Below the pieces are notes generated by a model. The model saw nothing but the letters and a program-made list of their open reading frames with translations. It had not been told where the DNA came from and ran no database searches. Shown one piece after another: positions 38,932 through 49,200 of a stretch of DNA of 64,000 bases (the first letter of the stretch is position 1; each line of letters begins with the position of its first letter). The stretch comes from a virus (taxonomy: Duplodnaviria; Caudoviricetes). The translations under genes and the position numbers were made by a program. The stretch is taken from the IMG/VR virus record IMGVR_UViG_2593339199_000003, positions 32,001-96,000 of that record, one strand, 5' to 3'.

Positions 38932-40416
38932 CTACTCCACCCCGATCCTTTCAATCACTTTAAATGCGCTCTTGTCGATGACCTTTCTTAGCACCGTTCC
39001 ACCTTCCACATAATCAGCATCTGCTGTCATTGCATCCTTATACAACGTCCGAAGATATGCGGACCCATCGAGAACGACGCGATTATCGTCTTGAAATTGT
39101 ACTGACTCTCCGGCAGTAAAATCATTCAAGATGCTGTTTTGTATTACAGATCCGGCAACCATATCCACTTTCATTTTGATGTAACGGCCAGCTGGCGAAG
39201 CAATTGTGCCATCTGAGTTAATCGGCATGAAGTCAGAAAATACGCCTCCGTCAGATGAGGTAGCCGTTGAAATCGTCATCGCTGTTCCCGCTGGAACTAC
39301 CACCGATTTCCCAACATTGACAAATGACTTATAGTTACTTCCCAAGTCAATGACGGGCGTTTCATAAGACCCAGATGGAGCATAAAAATACTGAACACCG
39401 CTCTCCATTAACTCCATTTGGCCGATCATGACGCTGCCTGAAGAAGGCACGGTTATATTAATCCTGTAGTAGCGGTACTTGGACGTGTTTGATATTGGAT
39501 ACATACGCTTCTGACCGTAAGTTGTCCATGACTCGTTCACTCTTGTATCAAGCACGGTCCAGTTAGCATTATCCGCACTTCCCTCAAACGTCCATGATTT
39601 AGGCATCGTATTGTAAGAAAGCGAGCTGTTAAGATTCCTCGTTTGCAGCGTATACTGCGCAATAGCCTTTTCATTTCCTGCGCCAAAGTCAACCATTAAC
39701 CATCTGGCAACAGTGGTTGTTTCCCAGCAATAGTCCGACCCTAATGGTACATTATCACTGAATGCTCTCCATGCCGCATGAGTGGTCGTGTTATATTCGC
39801 CTGATGCCGAAATTTTGATCTGCGGATCGTTCAAGTTACCCGTGAGCGCAGGCACTACGTCGCTTGTATATCCGAATACTTGCGATCCTGTCACATGTAA
39901 CTGAATTTGTCCATTCATAACATCCACATTTGTCTTTACGCCGCCAACCAGATCAGCATCTTGGCTGTCCGTCTTCTGCTCATTCGTGGCCAACGATACG
40001 ACGACTGCAATTGGGTCCGCGGAGAGAGACTCTGCCGTAGTGACAACCGTCGCTTGCGCCTGGCCGGCTCCAATCACGACCTTTTTGCCAGCGGCATCAT
40101 ACTGGTAACCGTTGGATTTTGCTGCGTCGATACCGGTAGAATCGCCAAAGTCATCCAAGATCAGATCGGTTAAACTGAAACGATTTTGGTTCACAATAGT
40201 GTTCATGCGCAGACTATGTTTATTCATGTTTGCCGCGGTAACCGCTTCAAGGTCAGATACTAATTCGATTGCATTAGGAATCTTGTGGGATTCCAGTTCA
40301 ACAAGCCGATCATCCATATCAGCAAAGACATCTTGAACGCCAGAGCCAAGACGATCTGAAACGCCCTTCATTTTATTTTTTGCCTTCATCGCTTTAGAAA
40401 GCGAAATAATGTCCAT
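38932..40416 (-). CDS. Discoidin-domain tail/RBP protein
   Basis: WRAFSD...WLMVDFG...PKSWTFEGSAD..W...YRYYRI...IGQMEL. Confidence 0.75.
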   Translation of the reverse strand: MDIISLSKAMKAKNKMKGVSDRLGSGVQDVFADMDDRLVELESHKIPNAIELVSDLEAVTAANMNKHSLRMNTIVNQNRFSLTDLILDDFGDSTGIDAAKSNGYQYDAAGKKVVIGAGQAQATVVTTAESLSADPIAVVVSLATNEQKTDSQDADLVGGVKTNVDVMNGQIQLHVTGSQVFGYTSDVVPALTGNLNDPQIKISASGEYNTTTHAAWRAFSDNVPLGSDYCWETTTVARWLMVDFGAGNEKAIAQYTLQTRNLNSSLSYNTMPKSWTFEGSADNANWTVLDTRVNESWTTYGQKRMYPISNTSKYRYYRINITVPSSGSVMIGQMELMESGVQYFYAPSGSYETPVIDLGSNYKSFVNVGKSVVVPAGTAMTISTATSSDGGVFSDFMPINSDGTIASPAGRYIKMKVDMVAGSVIQNSILNDFTAGESVQFQDDNRVVLDGSAYLRTLYKDAMTADADYVEGGTVLRKVIDKSAFKVIERIGVE

Positions 40417-40466
40417 CACGTCTCACCTCTTTCATGAAGTAAGGAAAAGCGGGAGTAGGTTTTCCC

Positions 40467-42821
40467 CTACGCCCACGAGCATGCAATGCCGGTCAGACTC
40501 GATGCGACTGCAGGAAGAGTCGCTTTCACCATGAGGTCATTTCCTGTCACTGTGCGAATGTCAGTCACGGTGCTTGCCGCGATCGTCTGCCACGTTGCAC
40601 CATCATCCAGGGAGAAGTGCAAAACAACATCTGTGCTGCCGTCCAGCACAACAAGAAGTGATTTGCGGCCATCCTGCAGAGGTCCTGCAGCCATGACCAC
40701 ATCGCCGGCGCCATTATACCTTTTGTTAATTGTATCATAGGTCGCCGTTGTGGCCGAACTGTCAACGCCATCGCTGGTGTCGAATGTATCAACGACCATC
40801 TCGTATAAGCTGTATTTTGCTGATGCGAGCAGCGCATTGCTCTTAAAATTGAGCTTTGCCATATTGATTGCGTTGATCTGCTCCAGATCTTTCAGTCTTC
40901 CAGCCAATGTCACTTCATCGAATGTAATGCCTACCGATTCAATTACCGGTGTTTCATTAGCGACATCGCTTGGTTGAATTGTAATTTGATCCGCATAAGC
41001 AACATCCCCACTGTTCGATTGTTCAAGATAATAAGCGAACCGAATTTTTCCAGTCTCTCCGATCAGCTGTTGCCATTGGCTAACGGGTACCGCATTAAAT
41101 ACGGCCGGCGTCATACCATTTGCTTTTGCTGAAGCAGCGTCTGCTGCAGATGCTGTCCAGGTGGACCCATCCCACGTCATCCAAGTTGTGCCGCCATCAA
41201 TGCTTGCCAGGATCTTTAGCTCCCCTGCTCCCGATAATCCGGCAGCAAGTTGCAGACTTTTGAAGCCTTGCGGCGGAAGAGTGATGTCGTCCGTTGGTAG
41301 AATGACGCGACCAAACGGAACAGCTGTCATGGAGGAAGAAACGGTAGACGCATTGGTCGAGGCAAGAACTTTGGGCTGATCGGATACAAGGGATTGGATG
41401 GTTTTATCGTTTATGAGCTCCAAATCAACCATGCCATCGGTATCAAACATGGATTGCGTGACAGGCGCGTCGCCAACCTTCACCCATGTTGCGACCAATG
41501 TTGTTCCAGGCAAAATGCGAACCTCTGATAGCTGCATCCAGTTAAAATTATTGAATAAATCCACCTTGTAATACCTGTAGGCTGTATCGTTAGAGAAGCT
41601 GAATGACCGTTTTTCATATAACGCCCCCGTGAATCCACAACTAGGGATGTTAGTGATAAGCGTGTAATTCGCCCCATCATTGCTTCCGTATAGCGTAAAG
41701 CTTGCCGGCACGTCTTGGGCCTTTCCTCCAGTGGTAAGATCCAGGCTTGCAATGGCGAATGCCGATGACAATCTGAATACCAGAGATTGGTGTCCACTGC
41801 CATTCGACCACCATACTGTGCCTGTGTTTCCATCGATCAAATTGGATGCTGACCCTTGATATGTGCTTGTAGCAGTCACGGACTCGATACTAGGCGGCGT
41901 CGCTTCAGTAAGAACGCACTTCTTAATATCCGATCCATCTTGAATCAGATAGCTGATTGGGTCAACCAAGCGGGCACTTTCATTTACGTCAATCGCATCC
42001 AAATTGAAATCTGTGCTGTACGCACCTTGATCAATCTTTGTTACGTCAACGTGATGGAGGCTGTCAGAAAGTCCTGTTTTCTGATAGACAAGCGTTTGGT
42101 TGATGTCACCGCCATTGAGAGTGAAGTATTCCACCGCTCCTCCATCTATGGTAACAGCCACTTTGCCTGAATATCCCGGATAGATCGAAGCAATAATTCG
42201 GAACTGGGTTCCCATTAATAAGAACCGATAACTGGAGTTGGCGGTTGTGTTCGGCGCCCAGTGACGGCCTCCCCCAGAATAGGCGCTATTCGGATCGTCT
42301 GCCGACCATCCCGCTCCCATATATCTAATGCTCGGGTCGGAATCTTCAATCCGCTTCCAGCCGCTTTCTGGACCAGTGAGTGCTCCTCCAATTAAAGCGA
42401 AGCTTCCTTTAAGATCGATTGCATCAAATTCAAAGATAGAAAAAAGACCGGAGTTACTTGCCGAGATCGTGACGGTGTGATTGCCGTCCGTCAGCCCATC
42501 CTTCTCGAACAGCAGAATCTGGCTTCCTGCTGCACCCCTCGCAGAATAGCTATAACTTACACCATCGATGACAACCGAGATATTCGCCTGCCGATCCGAA
42601 TCTCGATACGAAATGATCCGCAGCCCGGAGCCGTTAAATGCAAACGAAACAGAATGCAGGTTTGCACCAAATGTATACTTGGCAGATCCGCCTGAATAAT
42701 TCGCACCAGGATTGTCAGCCCAGCTATCGCCAGCAAATACGAAATGTACATCTGTTTGCTCAAATCGTGTCCACCCTGACTCAGGAGCCAATAGTTGCTG
42801 TCCTACTGTAGCCATGCTCAT
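40467..42821 (-). CDS. RBP with two CBM-like repeats and a discoidin domain
   Basis: Repeat PESGW.R.E..D...YSGG...FDAID twice; NLIDGNTGTVW...GSNDG...YRYYK. Confidence 0.75.
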   Translation of the reverse strand: MSMATVGQQLLAPESGWTRFEQTDVHFVFAGDSWADNPGANYSGGSAKYTFGANLHSVSFAFNGSGLRIISYRDSDRQANISVVIDGVSYSYSARGAAGSQILLFEKDGLTDGNHTVTISASNSGLFSIFEFDAIDLKGSFALIGGALTGPESGWKRIEDSDPSIRYMGAGWSADDPNSAYSGGGRHWAPNTTANSSYRFLLMGTQFRIIASIYPGYSGKVAVTIDGGAVEYFTLNGGDINQTLVYQKTGLSDSLHHVDVTKIDQGAYSTDFNLDAIDVNESARLVDPISYLIQDGSDIKKCVLTEATPPSIESVTATSTYQGSASNLIDGNTGTVWWSNGSGHQSLVFRLSSAFAIASLDLTTGGKAQDVPASFTLYGSNDGANYTLITNIPSCGFTGALYEKRSFSFSNDTAYRYYKVDLFNNFNWMQLSEVRILPGTTLVATWVKVGDAPVTQSMFDTDGMVDLELINDKTIQSLVSDQPKVLASTNASTVSSSMTAVPFGRVILPTDDITLPPQGFKSLQLAAGLSGAGELKILASIDGGTTWMTWDGSTWTASAADAASAKANGMTPAVFNAVPVSQWQQLIGETGKIRFAYYLEQSNSGDVAYADQITIQPSDVANETPVIESVGITFDEVTLAGRLKDLEQINAINMAKLNFKSNALLASAKYSLYEMVVDTFDTSDGVDSSATTATYDTINKRYNGAGDVVMAAGPLQDGRKSLLVVLDGSTDVVLHFSLDDGATWQTIAASTVTDIRTVTGNDLMVKATLPAVASSLTGIACSWA

Positions 42822-42899
42822 TCACCTCTTATTCCTTGTATTCAAAGACAGCACAAAGCCCAATGTCTGCAGCTGCCGAAGTTTGCAGGAGCTGCCATA

Positions 42900-43577
42900 T
42901 TACATCACGCTCACTTTCTCAATGGACTTGAACGTTACCTTGTTCAAGGTGACGGAGAATAAATTGCTTGCTTCAAGCGCCCCTTCGTTATCGACATCAG
43001 GCGCATAGCTCGTTTTTAGATGAAGCGTTCCGTTTGCCTCTGCATACTCGTCGAGCACGAAGGTGTTCTGCGCATCGCCCTGATTGAAATCCAAGCTGAC
43101 GGGATCTGTTGGCCCTGCTGGATTCGTAAGCGTTGCCTTGAACTTTACCCATCTTGCTTCAGGCGGGCTATCCAGTTTGAGTGCTGCGTATTCGGAGAAG
43201 GTCTGCCCGTTTGCAGATGTTGCAACTTCCCATGACACGACTGAGCCACTCATACTCACCGCTCCGGTTTCGATCCATCCCTTTCCAAGATCCGTTACGT
43301 TGGACTCCCATGTCCCAGAAGGAAAATATGAGTCCACGCCGAGCTTCTTGAGCTGCAGCTTTCCATTCACCAGCTCGGTATTCACGAATGTGCCCTGCTC
43401 CAACTGCAACGCTACTGCCGTTGTTTGCTTGATTTGATTCGCCTGGCCCGCCAGCCAATCCAACCGCGCATCGACGGTTGGAAAGCGGCCTTCAGCTTGC
43501 AGGGCGATCACGTTGGTATCCAAGTCGGTAATTTTGTTGACTGCTTGTGTTCCTTTACCAAGGGATATAACGTCCAT
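42900..43577 (-). CDS. Tail fibre/RBP adaptor-like protein
   Basis: MDVISLGK N-terminus; SGTWES...DLG and C-terminal FKSIEK shared with 38932-40416. Confidence 0.6.
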   Translation of the reverse strand: MDVISLGKGTQAVNKITDLDTNVIALQAEGRFPTVDARLDWLAGQANQIKQTTAVALQLEQGTFVNTELVNGKLQLKKLGVDSYFPSGTWESNVTDLGKGWIETGAVSMSGSVVSWEVATSANGQTFSEYAALKLDSPPEARWVKFKATLTNPAGPTDPVSLDFNQGDAQNTFVLDEYAEANGTLHLKTSYAPDVDNEGALEASNLFSVTLNKVTFKSIEKVSVM

Positions 43578-43592
43578 GATGCTTCACCCGCC

Positions 43593-44042
43593 TTAAACGA
43601 TAGTCGTTGTCGTATCTACACCAGTAATGTTGCCCGTTACATTGTCATAAGTATAAACCTTATGAACAATCACGGACTGTCCATTCGCCGTGTATTTCTT
43701 GTCAGAGTAATTCAGCGTGCCGGCTACGGGATCTGCATAAACGTAATCGACCGTATAGTTCAAGTCGCCCGCCACCGTCTGCTTGATGACATTGCCATTT
43801 CCATCGTACTGGTAAATCTCGCTAAAGTTACCCTCGTCATTGATCATGACCATCTGCGATTTCAGCGCCGAAATATCGGACGTGTTTGTGGCAATGTTCG
43901 AGCTGTTGACTGATACGGCTGCTTCAATGCTATCGAGTCGGTCCGGCAGGTTTACCTTCGCTCCTTTGGCATTCTCCAGGTCCGTGACCAGCTGCTGCAG
44001 ATCGAATCCAAGGTCGCCCTTCAGAATCTTCGTAAGTGCCAT
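43593..44042 (-). CDS. Coiled-coil plus YD-like repeat tail protein
   Basis: LPDRLDSIEA coiled coil; YQYDGNGNV, YTYDNVTGNI. Confidence 0.6.
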   Translation of the reverse strand: MALTKILKGDLGFDLQQLVTDLENAKGAKVNLPDRLDSIEAAVSVNSSNIATNTSDISALKSQMVMINDEGNFSEIYQYDGNGNVIKQTVAGDLNYTVDYVYADPVAGTLNYSDKKYTANGQSVIVHKVYTYDNVTGNITGVDTTTTIV

Positions 44043-44086
44043 CGGTTACCCCTCCTTAACTTCGCATACGCTTTCTTGTAGTTGAC

Positions 44087-44938
44087 TTACAGAATTTCTA
44101 TATATGTTGGAACAATGAGTTCATCACTAAAGACAGTCTGATTGGTCAGCAGCGCGGGCCCACCGTTCAAGTAAAATTTCATCACTGTGAAGTCTACGAT
44201 CTTGGCATTGGTATCCATTACTTGCTGCACGAGTTCGTTATAGATAAGGCCTTGGCCCATTGTGAACTTGCCGAAGTATTGATACAGATTGGTCTTGGCA
44301 TCAAGGCGTGCCTTGTCTTTGTCGGCTGTCGTGGCCGACTCATGAAATACGAGCTGGATACGCAGCTCCAAGGGGATTTGCGACGGCAGCACGATAAGCG
44401 GTCGGTTGCCGTAAGCCTTCACTTGCTGTACAGCCTGTTCGACGCCCGCGCGGACGGTATCGAAATTGTAGCCGTAAAGCGGGATGACCACGAAGCTGAA
44501 GCTGCCGGTACCCTGCGTGTACTCCGTGCCGATGACATCGGAGACGCCTTCTGTAGCCAAGCAGGCAATGCGCAGTGCTTGATAGTTAGCGCTCGCCGCG
44601 GTTAGGACGCGCTGCGAGATCTCATACCGGTACGTCTTGGCATCCAGCGGCTTCGTCGTCGTCGCTCCAGTCTTCGGGTCGTAGGACGTTACATTGCGCC
44701 TTGGGTAACTGAACAAGGCACCAATCAGATCCAGATACTCATCAGGTGCCTTGCTGAGGAATCCCATGTTGGCAATTGCTTCGCCGTAATCGTACAGTTT
44801 TGGAAACTCCGGTCCGATGGCTTCGATGATCGAGCGCGCAATGGCGCCGGCCCTGTAGTTCGTAACAGGTGAATACGTTTGGAGATGCGTCATCGCATCG
44901 GCTAGAATATCGCTGACTGAGCGTTTCAATAGGGGCAT
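44087..44938 (-). CDS. Baseplate J-like protein
   Basis: TNYRAGAIARSIIEA...YLDLIGALF..R...ACLATEGVSDV; follows a gp25-like gene. Confidence 0.8.
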   Translation of the reverse strand: MPLLKRSVSDILADAMTHLQTYSPVTNYRAGAIARSIIEAIGPEFPKLYDYGEAIANMGFLSKAPDEYLDLIGALFSYPRRNVTSYDPKTGATTTKPLDAKTYRYEISQRVLTAASANYQALRIACLATEGVSDVIGTEYTQGTGSFSFVVIPLYGYNFDTVRAGVEQAVQQVKAYGNRPLIVLPSQIPLELRIQLVFHESATTADKDKARLDAKTNLYQYFGKFTMGQGLIYNELVQQVMDTNAKIVDFTVMKFYLNGGPALLTNQTVFSDELIVPTYIEIL

Positions 44939-44951
44939 GTTTGCACCTCCC

Positions 44952-45359
44952 TTAGAGGTTACTGCCGTTCGTCACAACGATCGGCTCGTCTTCGCCGGCA
45001 TTGAGGAACGTGTAATAATCGATCTGATAAATACTCACGGGTACCGCACGCACCTGAAGATCAGCTGCTCGGAACCGCCCATCATACGTCAGCGTGCTCA
45101 TGATTTGGTTGACGCCTCTGTTAGCCGTCTCCCGCGTGTTAGGCTCACCCTCCAGCAGCTCAAGATCGCCGCCGATGTTCGGATGGCTTCGCCAATCCTT
45201 GGTCTGTGTGCGGATACGGTTCGCGATGTCCTGCTTGGCCGACTCGTAATTATCGGTCAGTCGGAAGTCCGTGGTACCCACTGCATCACTCGGTCCGAGA
45301 TCGAAATCCCCGTCGTGCGCGCCGTAAAAGGCAATGTCCTTCTCATCATACTTAGGCAT
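44952..45359 (-). CDS. gp25/gpW-like baseplate wedge (sheath initiator)
   Basis: KQDIANRIRTQTKDWRSHPNIGGDL..L.G...L..DGR motif. Confidence 0.75.
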   Translation of the reverse strand: MPKYDEKDIAFYGAHDGDFDLGPSDAVGTTDFRLTDNYESAKQDIANRIRTQTKDWRSHPNIGGDLELLEGEPNTRETANRGVNQIMSTLTYDGRFRAADLQVRAVPVSIYQIDYYTFLNAGEDEPIVVTNGSNL

Positions 45360-45705
45360 GCTTGTCGCCTCCGATCATATCCAAAATAGCCTTGTAGTCC
45401 TCACTAACCGGATCGAAGCCGGCTTCGCTCGCATTTACCACCTGGAAGTTATTGCAGACGAATTGGATGTTTGGTGCATAGACAGAGAACATCATCTTGG
45501 ACGGATCCATGCGGAAGCCGAGATGATAGTACGCAAACCCCTCGACGACGCCTGTGTCTCTAGCCAAAATGCCCGCTCCGGATACGGAGTTGATGAGGCC
45601 GATGTCATGCGTCTTCGCCTGTGTCGATTGCTTCAACAAGTCGTCCAGATTCTGCTCGTCCGAGAACATGAGCTCATTCAGTTGCTCCATCCAATTCGCC
45701 ATCAT
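45352..45705 (-). CDS. Hypothetical baseplate-region protein
   Basis: 117 aa, GGAGG RBS; beta-strand-rich middle. Confidence 0.6.
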   Translation of the reverse strand: MMANWMEQLNELMFSDEQNLDDLLKQSTQAKTHDIGLINSVSGAGILARDTGVVEGFAYYHLGFRMDPSKMMFSVYAPNIQFVCNNFQVVNASEAGFDPVSEDYKAILDMIGGDKHA

Positions 45706-45814
45706 CTTGTTCCTCCAATTGGCTTTCGGTAGCCATGCAGTCTGGGCAGAAGCTCTCCCGGCAGCAAGGGCATGCTATTAAAAAGGTTTTACAATCCGGG
45801 CATTGCGTCATCAT
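45674..45814 (-). CDS. Small Cys-rich zinc-binding-like protein, 46 aa (not in ORF track)
   Basis: GAGGAGG RBS; MMTQCPDCKTFLIACPCCRESFCPDCMATESQLEEQDDGELDGATE. Confidence 0.65.
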   Translation of the reverse strand: MMTQCPDCKTFLIACPCCRESFCPDCMATESQLEEQDDGELDGATE

Positions 45815-45823
45815 GTTTCCTCC

Positions 45824-46219
45824 TCAGAAGTGGAACAGGCTATGGAAGAACTCACTCACGCCGTACTTCAGGTCATTCCAGAACATCTCGGCCTGGCTCG
45901 GGTCACGGTAGAATGCCGTGACGATCGGCTGCTTTTGGTCCCCGTTAATAAACTGGATCCAAACGCGATCGTTCTCCGAGAGGCCGTGATCAATGATTCC
46001 CTGACTATAGACGAAGCAAGGGACATTGTTGTACTTGGTGACCTGCTGGCCGGTACGTACTTCCACGTCCACGGTATGATTGATGGCCGGATCATTGAAG
46101 TGATTTGGCCCATAGTATTTAGTCACATAGCCGATCAGGCCGGGGGAGCTCAGATCAAGAGCTCCCTCCTTGCCCTGGCCGGCGATGCGTTTGCTGATTT
46201 CGCTTTGCTCATAAGCCAT
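45824..46219 (-). CDS. Baseplate spike gpV/gp5-type OB-fold protein
   Basis: DRVWIQFINGDQKQPIV matches the V.V.F..GD...P.V OB-fold motif; position after the hub. Confidence 0.65.
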   Translation of the reverse strand: MAYEQSEISKRIAGQGKEGALDLSSPGLIGYVTKYYGPNHFNDPAINHTVDVEVRTGQQVTKYNNVPCFVYSQGIIDHGLSENDRVWIQFINGDQKQPIVTAFYRDPSQAEMFWNDLKYGVSEFFHSLFHF

Positions 46220-46232
46220 GCGCGATCGCTCC

Positions 46233-49200
46233 TTACTTTGTCGGATAATGGAGATGGACGTGATTGTAGTGGTCCGCGCGCGTGGTGAAGGTGTTCTTCG
46301 GATACTTCTTCCGCATCTGATTCAGCAGATCATCGTCCGCATGCAGGATGCCATCGAAGCCTGCCTGGACCGCCAGGTCGATTACCATTTCCACCATGTC
46401 CCGATCGGCGCTGTTCGTGAAGCGCAGCTTGCCGGCTACCACTTTCATGTCCGGCGTGTCGATATCGACTGCAAAGCCGGTATTGTGCCAGCTCAGCGAT
46501 CCGTCCGGTTTTCGATACGTCGAGGTAACCATGAGCTTCTTGCCGCCGCTTTTCGCCGTGTATACCGCGCCTAGTTGCTGCAGAAGATCTGCAGATGCTT
46601 GGCGGATCAGTGGTGCCTGCATGATCGGCTCATAGAAATTGACACTCGTTACCTTCGTCGTGCTGACCAGCACGCTCTTGGCTTGCTCAGGCGTCAACGA
46701 GTATTGTTTCATCCCGGCCGACCCAGTTGTCGTTGGCACTTCCGCGCTAGTCCCGTTCGTCCCACTCGATGCCTTCGGAGCGTCCGGAGTCGGCGGCAAA
46801 AAATTCGGATCGTGCTTGGCGATCTTGGCCATGATCTGCGCAATCCCGTTGTGCCAGTTCTTGTCGGAGGCATACTTAATGTTCATGCCAACAAGTGTTG
46901 AGCCATTGTAATACTTGCCGCCTGCGGTCAGGTAATTCGTCTTTATCTTATTGGCTGCATAGTAGATGCAATCCTGTGGCGTCGCAAACGTATAGGCGCC
47001 ATCATATGGATTGCTATCGACCGCGCCGTAGCCAAAGAGGTTGTTCTTGTCCTTGAAGATCCTGGATGTCCCCCACCCTGTTTCCCACGCCGCATGCGCT
47101 GCGAGGTAAAGTCCGCTCATGACGCGAGCACTTCCCGCTCCGTCCCCTTGTAATGCGAGAGGCGATGGCGCTGAAGGAATGGAGATCTCAAGTTGCTTAA
47201 AGTATTTGCCGAGCCCCGCAAGACCGGTTCCTTCAAAGGCAGCATCGATTGCGTCAGCTGAAATGCCGCTCGGCTGATTGAGGTCCATTGTGTCAAAGCT
47301 GGTGCCGGCAGCGTAGCCAGATCCCCCGCTTGAGTCGCTGCCACCCAATGAGGACGTCAGGTCATCTGAGGTCAGAAGCGTTCGATCTTCTTCATAGGTT
47401 GGCTTCCGATTGAAATCCGCCTCTTGGCGTGCGACTTGTCCCTGCAGCTGCTTGGTCGCTTCGCCGACCTCGAAGTTATACACCTCGGCGGCCTGCGTAT
47501 CCGCGATCACCTTGTAGCGATGCTTCTCGAAGAAGCTGGACGCAAACTGCGAGAAGTCAACGGAACTGCCGCTGGCCTGCATGGAGAGATCGTCATCGGA
47601 GGCGATCGGCGCATACTGAGACGTGTCTGCGCCCAGGAATCCGGCGAGAACACCACCGACCACATCGTTAGTCAAGAACCGCTGCCAGAAGTCTGGAGAG
47701 TCGCCGATCACCGAGCCCATATGGCCATTGATGCCTGCAGAGAACTCGATGCCGTCGCGGCGGAGCACCGCAATGATGCAAGACTTCCGCGTGAACAAGA
47801 AGCGCTCGATGAACTCGGATATGCAGGCACAGGCAATCTCGACGACGGCCGTTTCAATCAGATAGGCTGCAATGCCAACCGGTCCGCCAAAAATAGCGAG
47901 CGCACCCGTGGCCATCTCCCATCCTCGCTTCCCCCAGCGGCCGGCCTTGGCCGTAACCTTAAAGCCAGTCGCCATCATTTTGCTTGCACCTGTCTTGAGT
48001 TTCGCGAGTTTGGCAGCGTCTATTTTATTGTAGCCCTTGAAACGCTTGTCGTACAAAGCTTCGTACAAGTTATCAAACAGCGCCTGAGCGTCTTTTTCGG
48101 TGAAATTCTCGATCTTAGACGCCATATCCTTGAGTATTCCGCTTTTTGTCCAGCGATTCTTCATTTCATCTGTAACAGGATCGTAACGCCTTACTTCTTT
48201 GGTTACAGGATCAATCTCGACACGATAGTTCTTCGTTTCGATCGTTCTTGGTTTCGAAAGTTCCTCTCCTGCCGCCGTGGTCCATTCCATCAGCTTGGAG
48301 CCCACTTTGGTCGCATCGAACTTCCCTTTCATCGCTTCATAGCGCCGCTTGACCACGGACCAGATCGCATTCATGACTGGGAATGCGCCTTTATAGCCCA
48401 TGTTCCGGAGGACAGCACGCAGCGTATACGACATAATCATGTAGGCGGCTGTGTGCGTCAGTCCCTGCAGCATCGTCATGACATGACGATCGCTGTTGAC
48501 GACGACGGCATCCGGCTTGATCATCGTGATGTAACCCGTCTCAAAATTCAGCAGATGGTTCACTTCACGAACCTCGATTGGCCCGCTCATATTATTGAAC
48601 GTATCGTTGAAATAGCAGATGTCGTAAGGCTTCACGCTTGGATCACCCATGACCGTCAGATAGCCGTCGTACATTTGCTTCACGTAATCCCGGAGGCCAG
48701 CTGCGGCGATCTTGATGGCCGTCCATTCATCGAAGTACCATTTCGGCAGCTTGTTCAGGAAGTGTCCGATGATCGGGATATTCTCGATCAGCCGGATACC
48801 CTGCGCATTCAGCTGCGTATCAATCTGCACTGTCCGCTGCATCTCCGGCCAAATGTTCGTGTCTACGTAGATCGCCTGCGTCGTATCGAGGTTGCCCTCG
48901 TTGCTGTAGACGCCGACCGCGACCGTGTACATGTTCTCCGTCGTGGCGATGATCTGATTCTCGACGATGGACGTCCAGCTGTCATAGATGTGATACTGCC
49001 GGAATGGCTTCGACACGGCTTGGATATCATAGCTCGCCAGGTTCGTATCCTGCATGCTTTTCCCGCCGGCGACGTCGTAGGCATACGCAATCGGGAAGTA
49101 TGGCTTGCCCATGAAAATCGTGTTGCGGAAGTCGTAGGGATGAACCGCGACTATGAAGTCCTCGCCCACCGCAGCGCAAATGTTCAGCACGTCCCATACC

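Noticed and set aside
42822-42899. Structured intergenic segment as a riboswitch or ncRNA
   Set aside because: Only short imperfect stems (GCAGCT/AGCTGC, AGACA/TGTCT); no riboswitch consensus recognised
35542-43577. Diversity-generating retroelement or invertase shufflon acting on the RBP genes
   Set aside because: No reverse transcriptase or recombinase in the window, no near-identical TR/VR pair noticed, and all genes share one orientation
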